64,000 nucleotides of DNA, from contig NC_086097.1 in NCBI RefSeq assembly GCF_963921235.1, positions 154,320,001 through 154,384,000 of the forward strand, in the 5' to 3' direction. Under the pieces are notes generated by a model that was not told where the DNA came from, made no database searches, and saw only the letters and a list, made by a program, of their open reading frames with translations. The position numbers were made by a program, and so were the translations under genes. Positions 24,149 to 36,815 of this stretch are shown piece by piece. Every line of letters starts with the position of its first letter. Within the stretch, counting starts at the first letter, position 1. The DNA is from Mobula hypostoma (lineage: Eukaryota).

Positions 24149-27100
24149 TTTTTTTTTAAATATAGCATTCAAAATTGAAAATAAGGTTCATCTAAACATT
24201 ATACAAATGAAATAATCAGTTGCGAGAGAGAGAGAGAAAACAATCTGTTTCTCTTTTCACTGATGTTGCCCAACCTGCTGAGGTGTTCTTCCCAACATTT
24301 TCTGTTTCTTTTCCATGCTTCGAACTTGTGTAATTGTTTATTTTAATAATTATTAAGCATTTTCATTAAATCTTCAAATTAAGCATGACAATCTCATTTT
24401 TGCATTCTAATTCCCTGAGAGGTAAAGCTTAACATTAAAGTAATTTGGTATACAGTGCCGGGCACAAAATAATTACTTAAGATAATGCTTAAAGCTAATT
24501 GAAAGACATTTCTAATTCTGAAAAACCAGAATTTTATAGAGTTTAAAATTACTTCATGGCTCTTGAATTGGCTAGAGTGTCTCAGGATTTAGAAGACCTG
24601 GTGACAATAACAAATGAGCAAAGTATTTAGAAATCAGGAAGATGTGCAATAGCAGTTGAATACCTTAGCTACTATCCTGTTGTACTCCTGTAGATGAAGA
24701 ATAAAATATCTTCATTCATGTTTACATAGAATATGCCCAACCAACGCCTGCTGTTATAGATGACAAAGTAGGAAAAATGTCCTAAGCACCCAAAAAGATT
24801 GACTGGGTCTATAACTTTGAGCTTGATCGGATAAAACTGACTCTCAGGATGGGTAATATTGAAACAATGCCTGGATTCTAGCTTTGGCATGCAAAACAAA
24901 CTGAAATATTACAGCACAGAAATATTGACTAGATAGTTGCAAACTGTCAAAGTCCCGATGCAAACTATTATGACTAGAAACTAAATCATGATGTAAGCAC
25001 AATTTTAATTTCAATTAGACTATTTGCCTACTGGGCTTGTGTTAGCTTTTCATTATCTGCTGCCATACTTTGGGTAATTTTTCTATCTTGTCTAAATGTA
25101 GGAGGGAATCTCTGCTCAACAGTGTCCTTCACAGGTCACTGACGGTAGGCTGAACAACAGCAAATCACCGGAAACATTTTGAGGATAAGCTAAGAGAAGA
25201 CGGAAAGGCACAATTCTCTTCTGAAAAGATCCAAGTGGTGAGCATAGTAGTAATAACTGCTCAGAATTCAATGAACAGACACTGATGGCACAAAAACAAC
25301 CCTTACAGTTCACTATCTACTGAACCAAACCGATTGACCAACACCTGATTCATAGTGTTCTATGTGTCGATGATTCATGTGTTCATCTAGATACATCAAA
25401 CATTTTAAGGAGTACTTGACTACACCACCCACTTGAAAAGTTTGTTTCAATTTCTAACCACCCTCTGGTTGAAACAGTTCTTTCTGAGATCCCCTTTAGA
25501 CCTCTAAGTCCTCACCCTAAACCTATTCCCATTAGTCTTTGCCCATGCATGCCTTACTTAGCCAAATGTTTTACTGGTGGGCTGAATAAAAGTTACCACC
25601 ATCCTGATAGGAAAAGATTAAAATAAACACTGTTGGGGTGTTCGGTAGAATGGGAAGGGAGAGAGTTTTGTGGGAGGTAGTGCAGAGAAGGCCATTAAAC
25701 TCCGAACAACAAAAAAATGCCATTCATGCATGTTATACTGAACAATCACTCATCTATTCAATAAAATATCTGATAAAATAGGTGGGCTAAACAGCAAGTT
25801 ACATTATTTTAATTAACTGACTGAACTATAATGCAAAGTAAGATTTTAATTGATCACCAATGATGTTAGTCTCAACACAATCTAATGGCATTTGCTTACA
25901 ATGCATTACTTTGCTATTACATGGAATTCTCATTCAACTAATGCTACGTTTGTATAAAATAGCTTGTCACATTGAAAGTACATCCACTCAGTTTATTAAA
26001 AGCAACCATGAACATGGAAGCTTTTACATCTGCAAGTACATTATACATTTAATGTATCTAGAGGGTGCTGATTCACCACAGCTAGAGCCAGTAGAGCTGC
26101 AGCCTCTCAGCTCCCGAAATGGAGGTTCAATCCTGACCTCCAGTGCTATCCAGGTAGAACTTTCACATTCTCTCTGTGACTGGGTGGGGTTCCTTCTGCT
26201 GCTTTTGATTCCCAAAGACGTGTTAGGTGGTAATTTGGTTGGTCACTATAAATAGTCTCTAGTGTGTGGGTGAATGGAACAATCTGGGGAAATGCATGAG
26301 AATGTCGGGAGAACAAAAATAGATTAGAGAAAATGAGAGCTTGATGCTTGGCATCAAGGATCTGTTTTTGTTCTGACTTTACAGAAGCTTTTGCCTAAAG
26401 CAATGATCTGATGGGAAGACCAACCAAGTTCATGGGAACTAGTTATCCATATAAGTGTTTCAGTTTGCTCAAAATGGGCAGAGAACAAATAACGCTGCAT
26501 TTCTAATTCAATCAAGTAACTAGATTCTTCTTAAGGATGAACACTCCTAATTTGTGGGAACGCTTGTGCTGAATGAATGCTGTTATCCAACTTGCCCTCA
26601 AGAGCAATAGATGACATACCCATAAGGAGGTAGAGAAGCTAGGATGGGTTGGGACAGAGCTGCTGGAAAGAAAGCTTGGAGATAGTGGTGCATTTTTCCC
26701 AGTGGATCTTAAGGCTAGCAATAACTCAGACCATTGCAATATTGTGAAGTTGACAGTATTTTGCAATGCAGTTCTCTGTTTGCATTAATGAAATGTAAAT
26801 TTATTCCACAATTTGGCATGAAGCTACCTTACTTTGTAATAAAATATTGGAATAAAAAATTATTTAATTAAGCTGCAATGCCTCTTGTAGATACTTCCAG
26901 TGGTGGGAAAAGAAATGTTAATGATGTATTGGGCCATGTCCGCCACTCTCTGCAGCTTCTTACATTCATGAGCATTTGAATTGCTGTACCAGACCAAGGT
27001 GAAACAATGATGAGCCCCCAAATTTTAGACTTCACCACCCTGGTAAAATGTCAGTGACCTTCCACTCTATCCTGATTTTATATACACTCCTGATTTTATA

Positions 27101-27179
27101 TACCTCTATAATGTCACTCCTCAGCCTCCTAAATTTGCTCTTTCCAGCATCCCATGGATCTCCATCTATTTTTACCAAA

Positions 27180-27830
27180 CAGCCTGGAGGCTATAAATGC
27201 CCTTTCTCCATTTTGTGCAGTCATGTCTCAGGGATTCCCATGAGTCGGGATCGTACACCTTTACAAGGATGCTTTGAGAATATCCTCAAATCGTTTCCAA
27301 CACCCATCTGGTGAACTCTTCCTTTGTGAAGGATTTTGGATTAGAATGCATAGTTCAAGGATCTAGTGCCTGACTATCAGAGCCAAATCGTTGTAATTGA
27401 CTTCCCACTGCAAACAGTGGAAGCCTGGGAGAGAACACTGATGTGGACTTACTTATGACAGTATTGAATGACGAAGGATTTTATGGAGATGGCATTGTTA
27501 GTATCGCTCCAGATCTCAGAATTGGGTAGTCCATTCCTGTAAACATACAGGAGGGCAGAGATCATCGTAAAGCATGTGCTAGATCTGAACATTTGAGTCT
27601 TAAACATTCTTTTCCTTAAGATGGCTAAAAGACCCGCACTCAATGTGAAAGCATATCTGTCTTCTGCTAAGCTCTGTTCAAGCAATAGGAAGGAGTATAC
27701 ATTTTCCAGGATCTCATCATGTATGTACTTCATTTGACATTAGCATTATTATACAGCAGGGCAGATTAGTTGAAGACCTTTGCTCAGTAGTTGTTAAGTA
27801 TCGGGTTCTTATATTGGCATGCTTCAGTGG
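27180..27830 (-). mobile_element. RTE-clade LINE 3' part (very degraded)
   Basis: Broken ISALLY...W...HKIL motifs in and around ORF 27449-27733. Confidence 0.45.
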
Positions 27831-27859
27831 ACAAATTGACAAGCGCTTAAAGACATAAA

Positions 27860-28040
27860 AGACAGCAGGTGCCTGCAATGTAGAGCAATAAACAACTGCT
27901 GGAGGGACTCTTTGGTCAGGCAGCTTCAGTGGAGGAAAGTGGACAGTCACATTTCGGGTTGAGGTCCTTCATCTGGAGTGAAAGAGGTGAAGACTATCTC
28001 CTCACTAAACTTTCAGTCCAGATTAAGGGTCTCAACCCAT
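27860..28040. mobile_element. Penelope-like terminal repeat fragment with inverted arm
   Basis: CTGCTGGAGGGACTC...GGCAGC...TTTCGGGTTGAGGTCCTTCATCTGGA, then its complement TCCAGATTAAGGGTCTCAACCC; same family as 36620-36815 and 46560-47150. Confidence 0.65.
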
Positions 28041-29149
28041 GAATATGCTTCACTATTTCCCCCTCTCTTTTTGCACTACTTATTATTTATATATATACAA
28101 ACACTTATTGTAATTTAGTTTTTATTATTATGTATCACAATGTGCTGCTGCTGCAAAACAATAAATTTCATGACATATGCCGGTGATGTTAAATCTGATT
28201 CTGAAAGACACATAATCATTTTAAAAAATTAAGCAGGATTGCACGATATGGGACAAATACTTGAATGCACAAAACAACCAAAAAGCAAGCACTGAGTTAG
28301 AAGCATTACAAATACAGAGCATTGCAATATGGTAAATACAACTGATTTTGGTTGAAGTCTAGACCCTTAGAGTGGTAGAAATGTATATCTCTGTTTCTCT
28401 TGGAAAGGCTGAGGAAGGATTTTGTTAGAATGATACCAGAGATGGTGGACTTCTGTCACGTGCAGCGACTAAAGATTCTAAGGTTATTAATTTATGGAAA
28501 ATATTTTAAAAGTTAGAAATCTATTACAAGAAGTTGGAGTCAAGGAAACTTTCTCTTAACATTCACTTAATCACTCAGGTTATTAATTGAGTACTGCAAT
28601 CATTTGGTGAACCTGAAATAAGTCAGATCACTTATGGATCTATTCATTGAGGTCACCAAACAAAATTGATTCCATTAGTGCTGGGGTTCTGATTCCCAAA
28701 GCAGTACTTGTCCATTTCCATTTCAATCAGTTATGCTTCCTCCCATGGTGCTCCTTACATTGCAGCCTGTAATGTAATTTATAATTCAGCAAGACAGAAA
28801 AAATATAAATAAGAGAAAACAACAAATTAAACAGGTAGACAGTATGACAATATGACACTGTAAGGTTTGCACTCTGAGGACCTGCTAAGTTTTTTTCTAA
28901 AGCGTCTTTTCAATTAGCAATGTCATAATATTATGTTAAGCAGCACAGAAGTGGTGCAGCATTTAAAATGATAATAACTATCAACAGTATTTCAGCTTCC
29001 TACCTTCTGATCATAAATCTCAGAAATCGTAACATTTGCAAACAACACAATGAGGTTCAATAGAAGAACAATCCTTAAAATTAGGCCAATCAAGTTTAAT
29101 GTCAGAGGAAGCACCTTTTTAGGAATGATCATCAGTTAGCTGTTTGTAA

Positions 29150-29475
29150 GACCATTCAGCCCATTAAACCTGCTGCACCATTTGATCATGGCTTATCTAT
29201 TTTCCCTCTCAATCCCACTCACCTACCTACCCCCTGCCATCTTTACTAACCAAGAACCTGTCAAAATCTGCTCTAAATATTCATAATGATCTGGCCTCCA
29301 CAGCTGTTTATGGCAATGAATTCCACTTATTCACCACGCTCTGAGCTAAAGAAATTCCTCCTCATCTCTGTTCTAAAGAGATGTCCTTCTATTATAAGGT
29401 TGTGCCCTCTTCTGAGACTCTTCCACCATTGGAAACATCTTCCCATGTCGACTCTATCCAGGCCTTTCAATATTC
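29150..29475 (-). mobile_element. CR1 3' fragment
   Basis: ORF 29327-29560 (GHNLIIEGHLFRTEMRRNFFS). Confidence 0.8.
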
Positions 29476-29699
29476 TTTCTTTTAATGCAAGATCACAGCT
29501 AGATGTTTTGAAGCGAAGATTAAGAGATTGCTGGATGGCAAGTGGAATAAGGGTTATCAAACTAAGTAGATGGAATTAAGATACAGGCAAGCTATGATCT
29601 ACTGAACAGCAGAACAAGTTGGCTAACCCTACTCCTGCTCCTATTGTTCAGCATATACATAAAGACAAAGGTGCTGTGGAAGCATTTATGCATTTTTTG

Positions 29700-30260
29700 G
29701 TTCCTTAAGAATGTTATAGCTAGGGGTAGCAGTGGGAATCAGCTCCCATTACCTATTAAATGCTCCCAAAGACATGAATCTCAAATAGTCTCTGACCAAC
29801 AAGTTCAAATCCTAGCCTTCTCATGCAATTTAGCTACCAAGCCCAGCGGAACCATTTCTACTGACAGCAGAAGGGATTACTGGCAGCTTAAAACCAGGAA
29901 CTTCATTCAGATGTGGCTCATCGGCTGTGCTATCTCAACTAGGTGAAAGAAAACTCCAATCTCAAACCTCTGCTGCCTCGCAGCTATACCCACTCATAGG
30001 GAAGGGTTCAGGAGTAAACCCTGAATAAAAATCCAGAGCAGTCCTACATTGAGTTCAATGCTGATTGGCAATTCCTGCCATGACACTGACGTCAAACTAT
30101 CGGTCTCTGCCATTTCTTTGGATTCATCAGTTGTGTGGAGAGGCAGAGCCTGACGCATGGGCAACAGCTTGCTCTTTATATCGTACTGCCCCAGCTTGTG
30201 TATCATGTAGACAACTGGGGCACAACAACTATGGTCAACTTCGATCAATGGATGGCCTCA
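29700..30260 (+). mobile_element. Probable RTE-derived 5' UTR or non-autonomous element
   Basis: CTCAAACCTCTGCTGCCTCGCAGCTATACCCACTCATAGGGAAGGGTTCAGGAGTAAACCC resembles RTE-family leaders; recognition only. Confidence 0.4.
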
Positions 30261-31642
30261 ATATTCAGTTCTTAGTTTAATGTAGTTAGCTGGCATGGCT
30301 CAGAGTGTACTGTTTAGCTTAGTATGGAGGAACTTATATCAAATAGCAAACCAAAGAAGACCAATGAGTCAAATGTTATTTAAATTTTATAGGATACTGA
30401 TCTGGATGATATTGCCCAAGAAGCCTTTCCACATTGGAAGGTATGAATTATGCTAACCTGATGCATGTTTTCTGCTTGGGACCCCAGCTGCAATATCTTA
30501 TTGCCCATGAGTGCAATGCAACATGTACAGTAGAGCTGGCCATAAGCAACCAAACAAAGAACTTCTGCTCAGGCCTCTAGAAGAATTCAGCTAGATTGTA
30601 GGCTATAGTAGCAGAGCGGGGAGAAATCCTGTTCAGGCAATATGTGCCGAGGTTTGGTCAGTGAAGGATTAGAAATCCTGGAGTCATAATGGAGCACCAG
30701 TAATGGTTGCAGGGGTGAAAATGAGAAATGCATGGGACTCGTGAAGCATCACAGACACCTCTGTTGTCATCTTACATTCTTGATGTACTGTGTACTCAGC
30801 ACTGAGCTGAGCCACGTCCTCAAGAGGCAATTTAAAATTATGTACAGACAGTACTCATCATGAAGTACAGTGGCAGAGAGCTGAGTTTCCACCTGGTATA
30901 CACAATGCATATAAAGTTAATGACATAATGCTATTACATGATCAATATTTTTATAAACCTTATATGCAACAGTTAGGGAAATGATCAGGCTGACATCTGG
31001 GAAACAGGCAGGTCCAGCACAACAGGCCAGGTGTACAAGACTGTCACAGTACAACACTGGGTGTGGTGAGGATGATGCATATATAAGGAGTAGCTTCGAA
31101 TTTTGGTAATGAATTCCAGGGCTGTGAACCAGGTCTTGCAACTCTAGTTTAAATCATAAAGAAGTAATTATACCTCCCATCTTTTGAAAAACCTGCTTCC
31201 ACCCAAGGAGCTGATGCCAAAGTCACAGACTGTGCAGTTGTAGTGACATGGCATGCAAACACACACTGAATACTTCTGGAAGACTTTGTGCACCAGTATG
31301 CTAAAAATAGAGAGGGAATGGGAGCAAACTGATGTTCTAAGGGCCTGATCATACTTAGTGGCCGAACTTTGGTAATATTCTGTGGCATAACACACAAAAG
31401 GAATTGTACTTCCTGAAGCACCTTCAATTACTCCAAAAGACTGAGGTTTGGTAAAATACTGAAAGGCTTTTATTCGCTGTACAATACGACCTCCACAGTG
31501 AGTGTCTGCCCTCGGACTGAGGGGGAGGGGCAAGGCGAACACCTTTATACAGGACTCTGTGGGAGGAGCCACAGGGGCAGTCAGCAGAGGGGTGTGTCCA
31601 GACAGGTAACCCAGTTACAACATATATACATGGTTTACCACA

Positions 31643-31660
31643 TTCACCCCTCCTTTTTTT
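31643..31660 (-). promoter_or_regulatory. Polypurine tract of the Gypsy element
   Basis: AAAAAAAGGAGGGGTGAA directly before the 3' LTR on the minus strand. Confidence 0.9.
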
Positions 31661-31736
31661 GAAAAAGAGTCCCGCGGGGTGAAGTGACTGACAATATTTA
31701 CAAGAAGTATATTTACAGGTTAAGTCTATCAGGCGG

Positions 31737-34700
31737 TCAAGTCCGTCGCCGTGATCTACGTAGCACCAGCGGTGATTGCACCAGCGATGGCGGTTGTGCT
31801 GGCTCCGGCCTGACTTCAGGTGCCAGCACGTTAGGCATCGGTAATCCCTCATGCGTGTGCATCGCGCCCGGTACGGGAGTGTCGTGTGGTGTCTGTATAG
31901 GGTTTGGGGTGCACGGTGTCTCGTAGGTACATACATTGGTGGGTACGGGGTCAATAGTCACCACGGAGTGTTCAGGGTAGGGGCCCGGAGCTCCTGCGGG
32001 CGCCAGGTCGCGGATGGAGATCGTGTCCTCCCGCCCATCAGGTAAAACCACGTAGGCATACTGGGGGTTCGCATGAAGTAAGTGAACCCTCTCGACTATC
32101 GGGGAGTATTTATTGCTCCTCGCATGTTTCCAGAGCAGCACTGGCCCCAGGGACGTCAGCCAAGATGGTAGAGTGGTTCCAATGGTCGATTTTCTGGGAA
32201 AAGAAAAGAGCCGCTCATGAGGGGTGGCATTGGTGGCTGTGCATAACAGGGAGCGGATGGAGTGGAGTGCCTCGGGAAGGACCTCCTGCCAGCGGGAAAC
32301 CGGCAGTCCCTTTGACCTGAGGGCTAAGAGTGTGGCTTTCCACACTGTGCCATTCTCCTTCTCTACCTGTCCATTCCCCCGGGGATTATAGCTCGCGGTC
32401 CTACTGGTTGCAATTCCCCTAGCCAGTAGATATTGGTGCAGCTCGTCACTCATAAACGAGGACCCTCTGTCACTGTGGATATAGCATGGGTATCCGAACA
32501 GAGTGAAGAGCTTGCGCAGGGCTTTTATAACTGACGTGGTAGTGGTGTCGGGGCAGGGGATGGCGAAGGGGAACCGCGAGTACTCGTCAATTATGTTAAG
32601 AAAGTACACATTGCGGTCAGTGGAGGGAAGGGGCCCTTAAAGTCAACACTCAGTTGCTTAAAGGGGCGGGTGGCCTTGATGAGTGGTGCCTTTTCGGGTC
32701 GGTAGAAGTGCGGTTTGCACTCTGCGCAGACTTGGCAGTCCCTGGTCATCATCCTAATCTCCTCAAGGGAGTAAGGCAGGTTCCAGGCTTTCACGAAGTG
32801 GAAAAGCCGGGTGACTCCCAGGTGGCAAAGGTCTACATGTAGGGCGTATAGCCGGTCAATCTGCGCGCTGGCGCATGTTCCCCGGGATAGGGCATCGGAG
32901 GGCTCGTTGAGCTTCCCAGGCCTGTACATGATGTCATAGTTGTAGGTGGAGAGTTCGATTCTCCACCTCAGAATTTTATCATTTTTGATTTTGCTCCGCT
33001 GCTGATTATTAAACATGAATGCGACTGAGCGCTGGTCAGTTAGCAGGGTGAACCTTTTGCCGGCAAGATAGTGCCTCCAGTGCCTTATAGCTTCCACTAT
33101 GGCCTGGGCCTCCTTCTCTACCGCAGAGTGCCGAATTTCAGGGCCTTGAAGAGTACGGGAGAAGAACGCCACTGGTCTTCCTGCCTGGTTGAGGGTAGCG
33201 GCCAGCGCAAAGTCGGAGGCGTCACTCTCTACTTGGAAGGGAATGGCCTCATCCATCGCATGCATTGCTGCTTTGGCAATGTCCCCTTTTATGCGGTTGA
33301 AGGCCGCGTGGGCCTCGGCAGAGAGGGGGAATGTGGTGGACTTGACCAGGGAGCGAGCCTTGTCTGCATAGTTAGAGACCCATTGGGCGTAATATGAAAA
33401 GAAGCCCAGGCACCTTTTGAGGGCTCTGAGGGTATTGGGAAGAGGGAGTTCCAACAAGGGGCGCATACGGTCGGGGTCAGGGCCAATGACTCCATTCTCC
33501 ACGACACACCCAAGGATAGCAAGTCGGGTGGTCCCAAATACACACTTGTCCTTGTTATAGGTGAGGCTGAAAGATTTGGCCGCTTGGAGAAATTTTTGGA
33601 GGTTGTTGTCGTGATCCTGCTGGTCGTGACCGCAGATGGTGATGTTATCCAGATATGGGAACGTGGCCTTCAGTTGGCACTGGTCCACCATCCAGTCCAT
33701 TGCCCTCTGGAAGACAGATACACCATTCGTGACACGAAAGGGGACGCGCAGGAATTGATAATGCCTGCCATCCGCCTCGAAGGCAGTGTAAGGGCGGTCC
33801 TCCCGGCGGATGGGGAGCTGATGGTAAGCAGATTTTAGATCTATGGTCGAGTACACCTTGTACTGTGCTATCTGATTGACCATATCCGCGATGCGGGGTA
33901 GAGGGTACGCGTCGAGCTGCGTGAACCTATTAATGGTCTGGCTATAGTCCACGACCATCCTATTCTTCTCCCCGTTCCGAACAACCACCACCTGCACCCT
34001 CCAAGGACTTGTGCTTGTCTCAATGACCCCCTCCCTGAGCAGCCGCTGCACCTCCGACTTAATGAAAGCTCTGTCCCCCGCGCTGTACCTCCTGCTTTTA
34101 GTTGCCACAAGTTTACAGTCAGGGGTCAGGTTGGCGAACAGCGGTGGGGGAGGGATCCTGAGGGTGGAGAGGCCGCAAGTGGTGTCGGTAGTGTGGCAGT
34201 TGGCATGATGTTGGGTGGGATGCGCGGGTCGGTGTGTGTGTGTGGTCAGTAGCGGGGTACATGACATATCTCTACAAAACAGGGGATTTATGACAGTAAT
34301 TGGCGGGAGGGGCCCATCATACTTCATTGTCACGCTTTTCAGGTGGCTCTGGAAGTCCAACCCCAACAGCACAGGGGCACACAGTTGAGGCAAGACCAGT
34401 AACGTAAAGTCCCAATATTCTGTGCCCTGCACCACTAGTGTCGCTACACAACCCCCCGGATGTCTGTTGTATGCGACCTGGAGGCCATGGTGACCCTCCG
34501 ACTTACCGGCCGTATCATGAGTCCACAATGCTGCACCGTGGCCGGGTGGATAAAACTCTCCGTGCTGCCTGTGTCAAACAGGCAGCTTGTCCTGTGCCCC
34601 TCCACCAGGATGTCCATCATTGACCTTGCGAGCTGGTGGGGAGAGCTTTGGTCGAGGGTCACGGAAGCCAGGGTGGGGTCGCTGTCTTGGTCCGGCGTGG

Positions 34701-35645
34701 TGGGGTGCCCCGTAAGCACCCGTTGGTCGTAGGCGGTGGGAGGTGGCGCCGACCAAGATGGCCGCCCCCATATCTCGCACGTGGTGGTGGCGTGCAGGGA
34801 AGATGGTGGCAGGCAAGATGGCGACCCCCATGTCTCGCACGTGGTGGCAGTGTGCAGGGAAGATGGCAACCCCCACGTCGCGCACGCAGTGCTGCTCGAT
34901 CCCGCTCGCGGTTTTGACTTACAAACCTTGGCGAAGTGGCCTTCTTTCCGCAGCTGGAGCAGGTAGCTTGTCGGGCCGGGCAGCGTTTCCGGGGATGCTT
35001 CTCCAGTCCGCAGAAGTAGCACTTCGCGGATTCACAACTGGCGGCAGCCGAGGTCGATTCGCCGGCAGGTTGCGGGGTCTGCGGCACCCACAAGGCCATC
35101 GGGGGATCGCGTGCCTGGAGAGCCTCGGAGTTATGCAGAGCGGCCTCCAACGTATTAGCCAGCTCCATCGCCGAATTTAGGGTAAGATCGGCTTTTTCCA
35201 GCAGCCGCTGGCGCACGTACACTGACCTGGTCCCCGTGACGAAGGCTTCCCTCACTAGGAGTTCTGCATGCTGCGCCGCCGTCAGCTCCTGGCAATTGCA
35301 GGCCCGCACGAGCGTCCGTAGGGCCTGGACGAACTCAGCACTTGATTTCCCGGGACGTTGTTGCCGTGTTGCTAAACGGTGCCGAGCATAGACGCTGTTT
35401 ATCGGCCGCAGGTATTGCCTTTTGAGTGGGTTCATCGCGCCGTCGTAGTTCGGCTGGTCTCTGATCAGCGAATAGACCCGTGGACTGACCCTGGAGAGTA
35501 GAACTCTGCGCTTCGCTACGGGGTCGGTCGCTTTAATCTCCTCTAGATACGCTTCGAAGCAGGCCGGCCAGAGTTCAAAAGCGTTTCCAGCTTCAGGTGT
35601 TTGTGGATTGAGGTCTAATTTTTCTGGTCTCGGGGCCTGTTCCAT
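31737..35645 (-). pseudogene. gag-pol polyprotein broken by three frameshifts
   Basis: Two CCHC knuckles (CYFCGLEKHPRKRC; CSSCGKK/GHFAKVC), PR LFDTGS, RT YLDN box, RNase H ESDAS...EKEA...TDQ, IN HHCC + VDFKG/HSDRG/QVEKEN; frame breaks near 34940, 34455 and 32630. Confidence 0.95.
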
Positions 35646-35770
35646 GTTTTAAAACGTACAGCGAATAAAATTGAAGCACCTTCAATTACTCCAAAAGACT
35701 GAGGTTTGGTAAAATACTGAAACTCTTATTCGCTGTACAATACGACCTCCACAGTGAGTGTCTGCCCCCG

Positions 35771-35805
35771 GACTGAGGGGGAGGGGCAAGGCAAACACCT
35801 TTATA
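35771..35805 (-). promoter_or_regulatory. LTR core promoter (TATA + Inr)
   Basis: TATAAA at 35805-35800 and CTCAGTC with its A at 35774, 31 nt apart; same motifs in the 3' LTR. Confidence 0.65.
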
Positions 35806-36619
35806 CAGGACTCTGTGGGAGGAGCCACAGGGGCAGTCAGCAGAGGGGTGTGTCCAGACAGGTAACCCAGTTACAACATATATACATGGTTTACCACACT
35901 TCCATACAGAATTCATGCACCATAACATCCTTGGGTGATAACTACAAACTAGGTGAGATTTAACAAATATCATGGTGGCTCTCATGAAGAAGATGATATT
36001 GACAGTACACCTGATTCAAAAATTCGTTAAAGAAATGGATGGGATCTTGGATCTGAGTGAGAATGGAAAAATTATATTGCCTATGTTAAATATATTTAAT
36101 AAATCGTGAGCTTCTTCCTGAAAACTGTTTGTGAATGAAAAATTTCAAATCTTTTCCTTATTCTTGCTTTCTTATATACTTACATTTTAAAACTTTAAAA
36201 TATTTTCTTCAACAGACTTTCAACATTTATAAATGTCAGTATAAAATATATTACAAGTGAATTTTGTAGGAAAAGCAATGTTCTGTAATAATTTATTGGT
36301 ACTGGATGGATCATCGGATGGACATGCTGATCCAACTGAATGGATAAAAAGGCATGAGGTCAACATCATTCTACAGTGCATTAGTCAGTCACCAATGAGG
36401 TACCGACAGAAACTCTGGTTAACTAATTTCAAGGATACTCTATAGGGGAAAATTATTCTGGCAACACATTTTCTTAATCAGTAACTGTGGAAATGAAACT
36501 GGCAAGTCCTATATTGCAGTAATGAACACGTCCAATTACCAGGTACATTGTAAATGTTGAATTCCACTCTTTGTATCAATTTTAACAGTTTCTCTGCCAA
36601 GAACACAATAGCTGGATTA

Positions 36620-36815
36620 ATGGCACACAAGGGAGAATCTGCAGATGCTGGCAATTCAAGCAACACACAAAATGCTGGAGGAACTCAGCAGGCCAGGCAG
36701 AATCTATGGAAAAAAGTACAGTCAACATTTCCGGCTAAGACAGGATAGAAAAGATGAGGAGTACTGTCTGTTTTTCCATTGATGCTGCCAAGCCTGCTGA
36801 GTTCCTTCAGCATTT
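36620..36815. repeat. Penelope-derived inverted repeat (hairpin)
   Basis: CACAAAATGCTGGAGGAACTCAGCAGGCCAGGCAGAATCTATGGAAAAA pairs imperfectly with TTTTTCCATTGATGCTGCCAAGCCTGCTGAGTTCCTTCAGCATTTTGTG. Confidence 0.8.

Larger units (their letters stand above)
31414..35898 (-). mobile_element. Full-length Ty3/Gypsy LTR retrotransposon (4485 bp), young
   Basis: 5' LTR 35672-35898 and 3' LTR 31414-31642 differ by 3 substitutions and a 2-bp indel (hand count); CTTCC duplicated at 31409-31413 and 35899-35903; order gag-PR-RT-RH-IN. Confidence 0.98.

Noticed and set aside
31168..31954. ORFs after integrase as env or an accessory gene
   Set aside because: They overlap the integrase tail, LTR and flank; no signal peptide, furin site or transmembrane pattern.
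34438..35180. Several overlapping plus-strand ORFs in the Gypsy element
   Set aside because: Expected antisense shadows of GC-rich coding sequence; no recognisable motifs.
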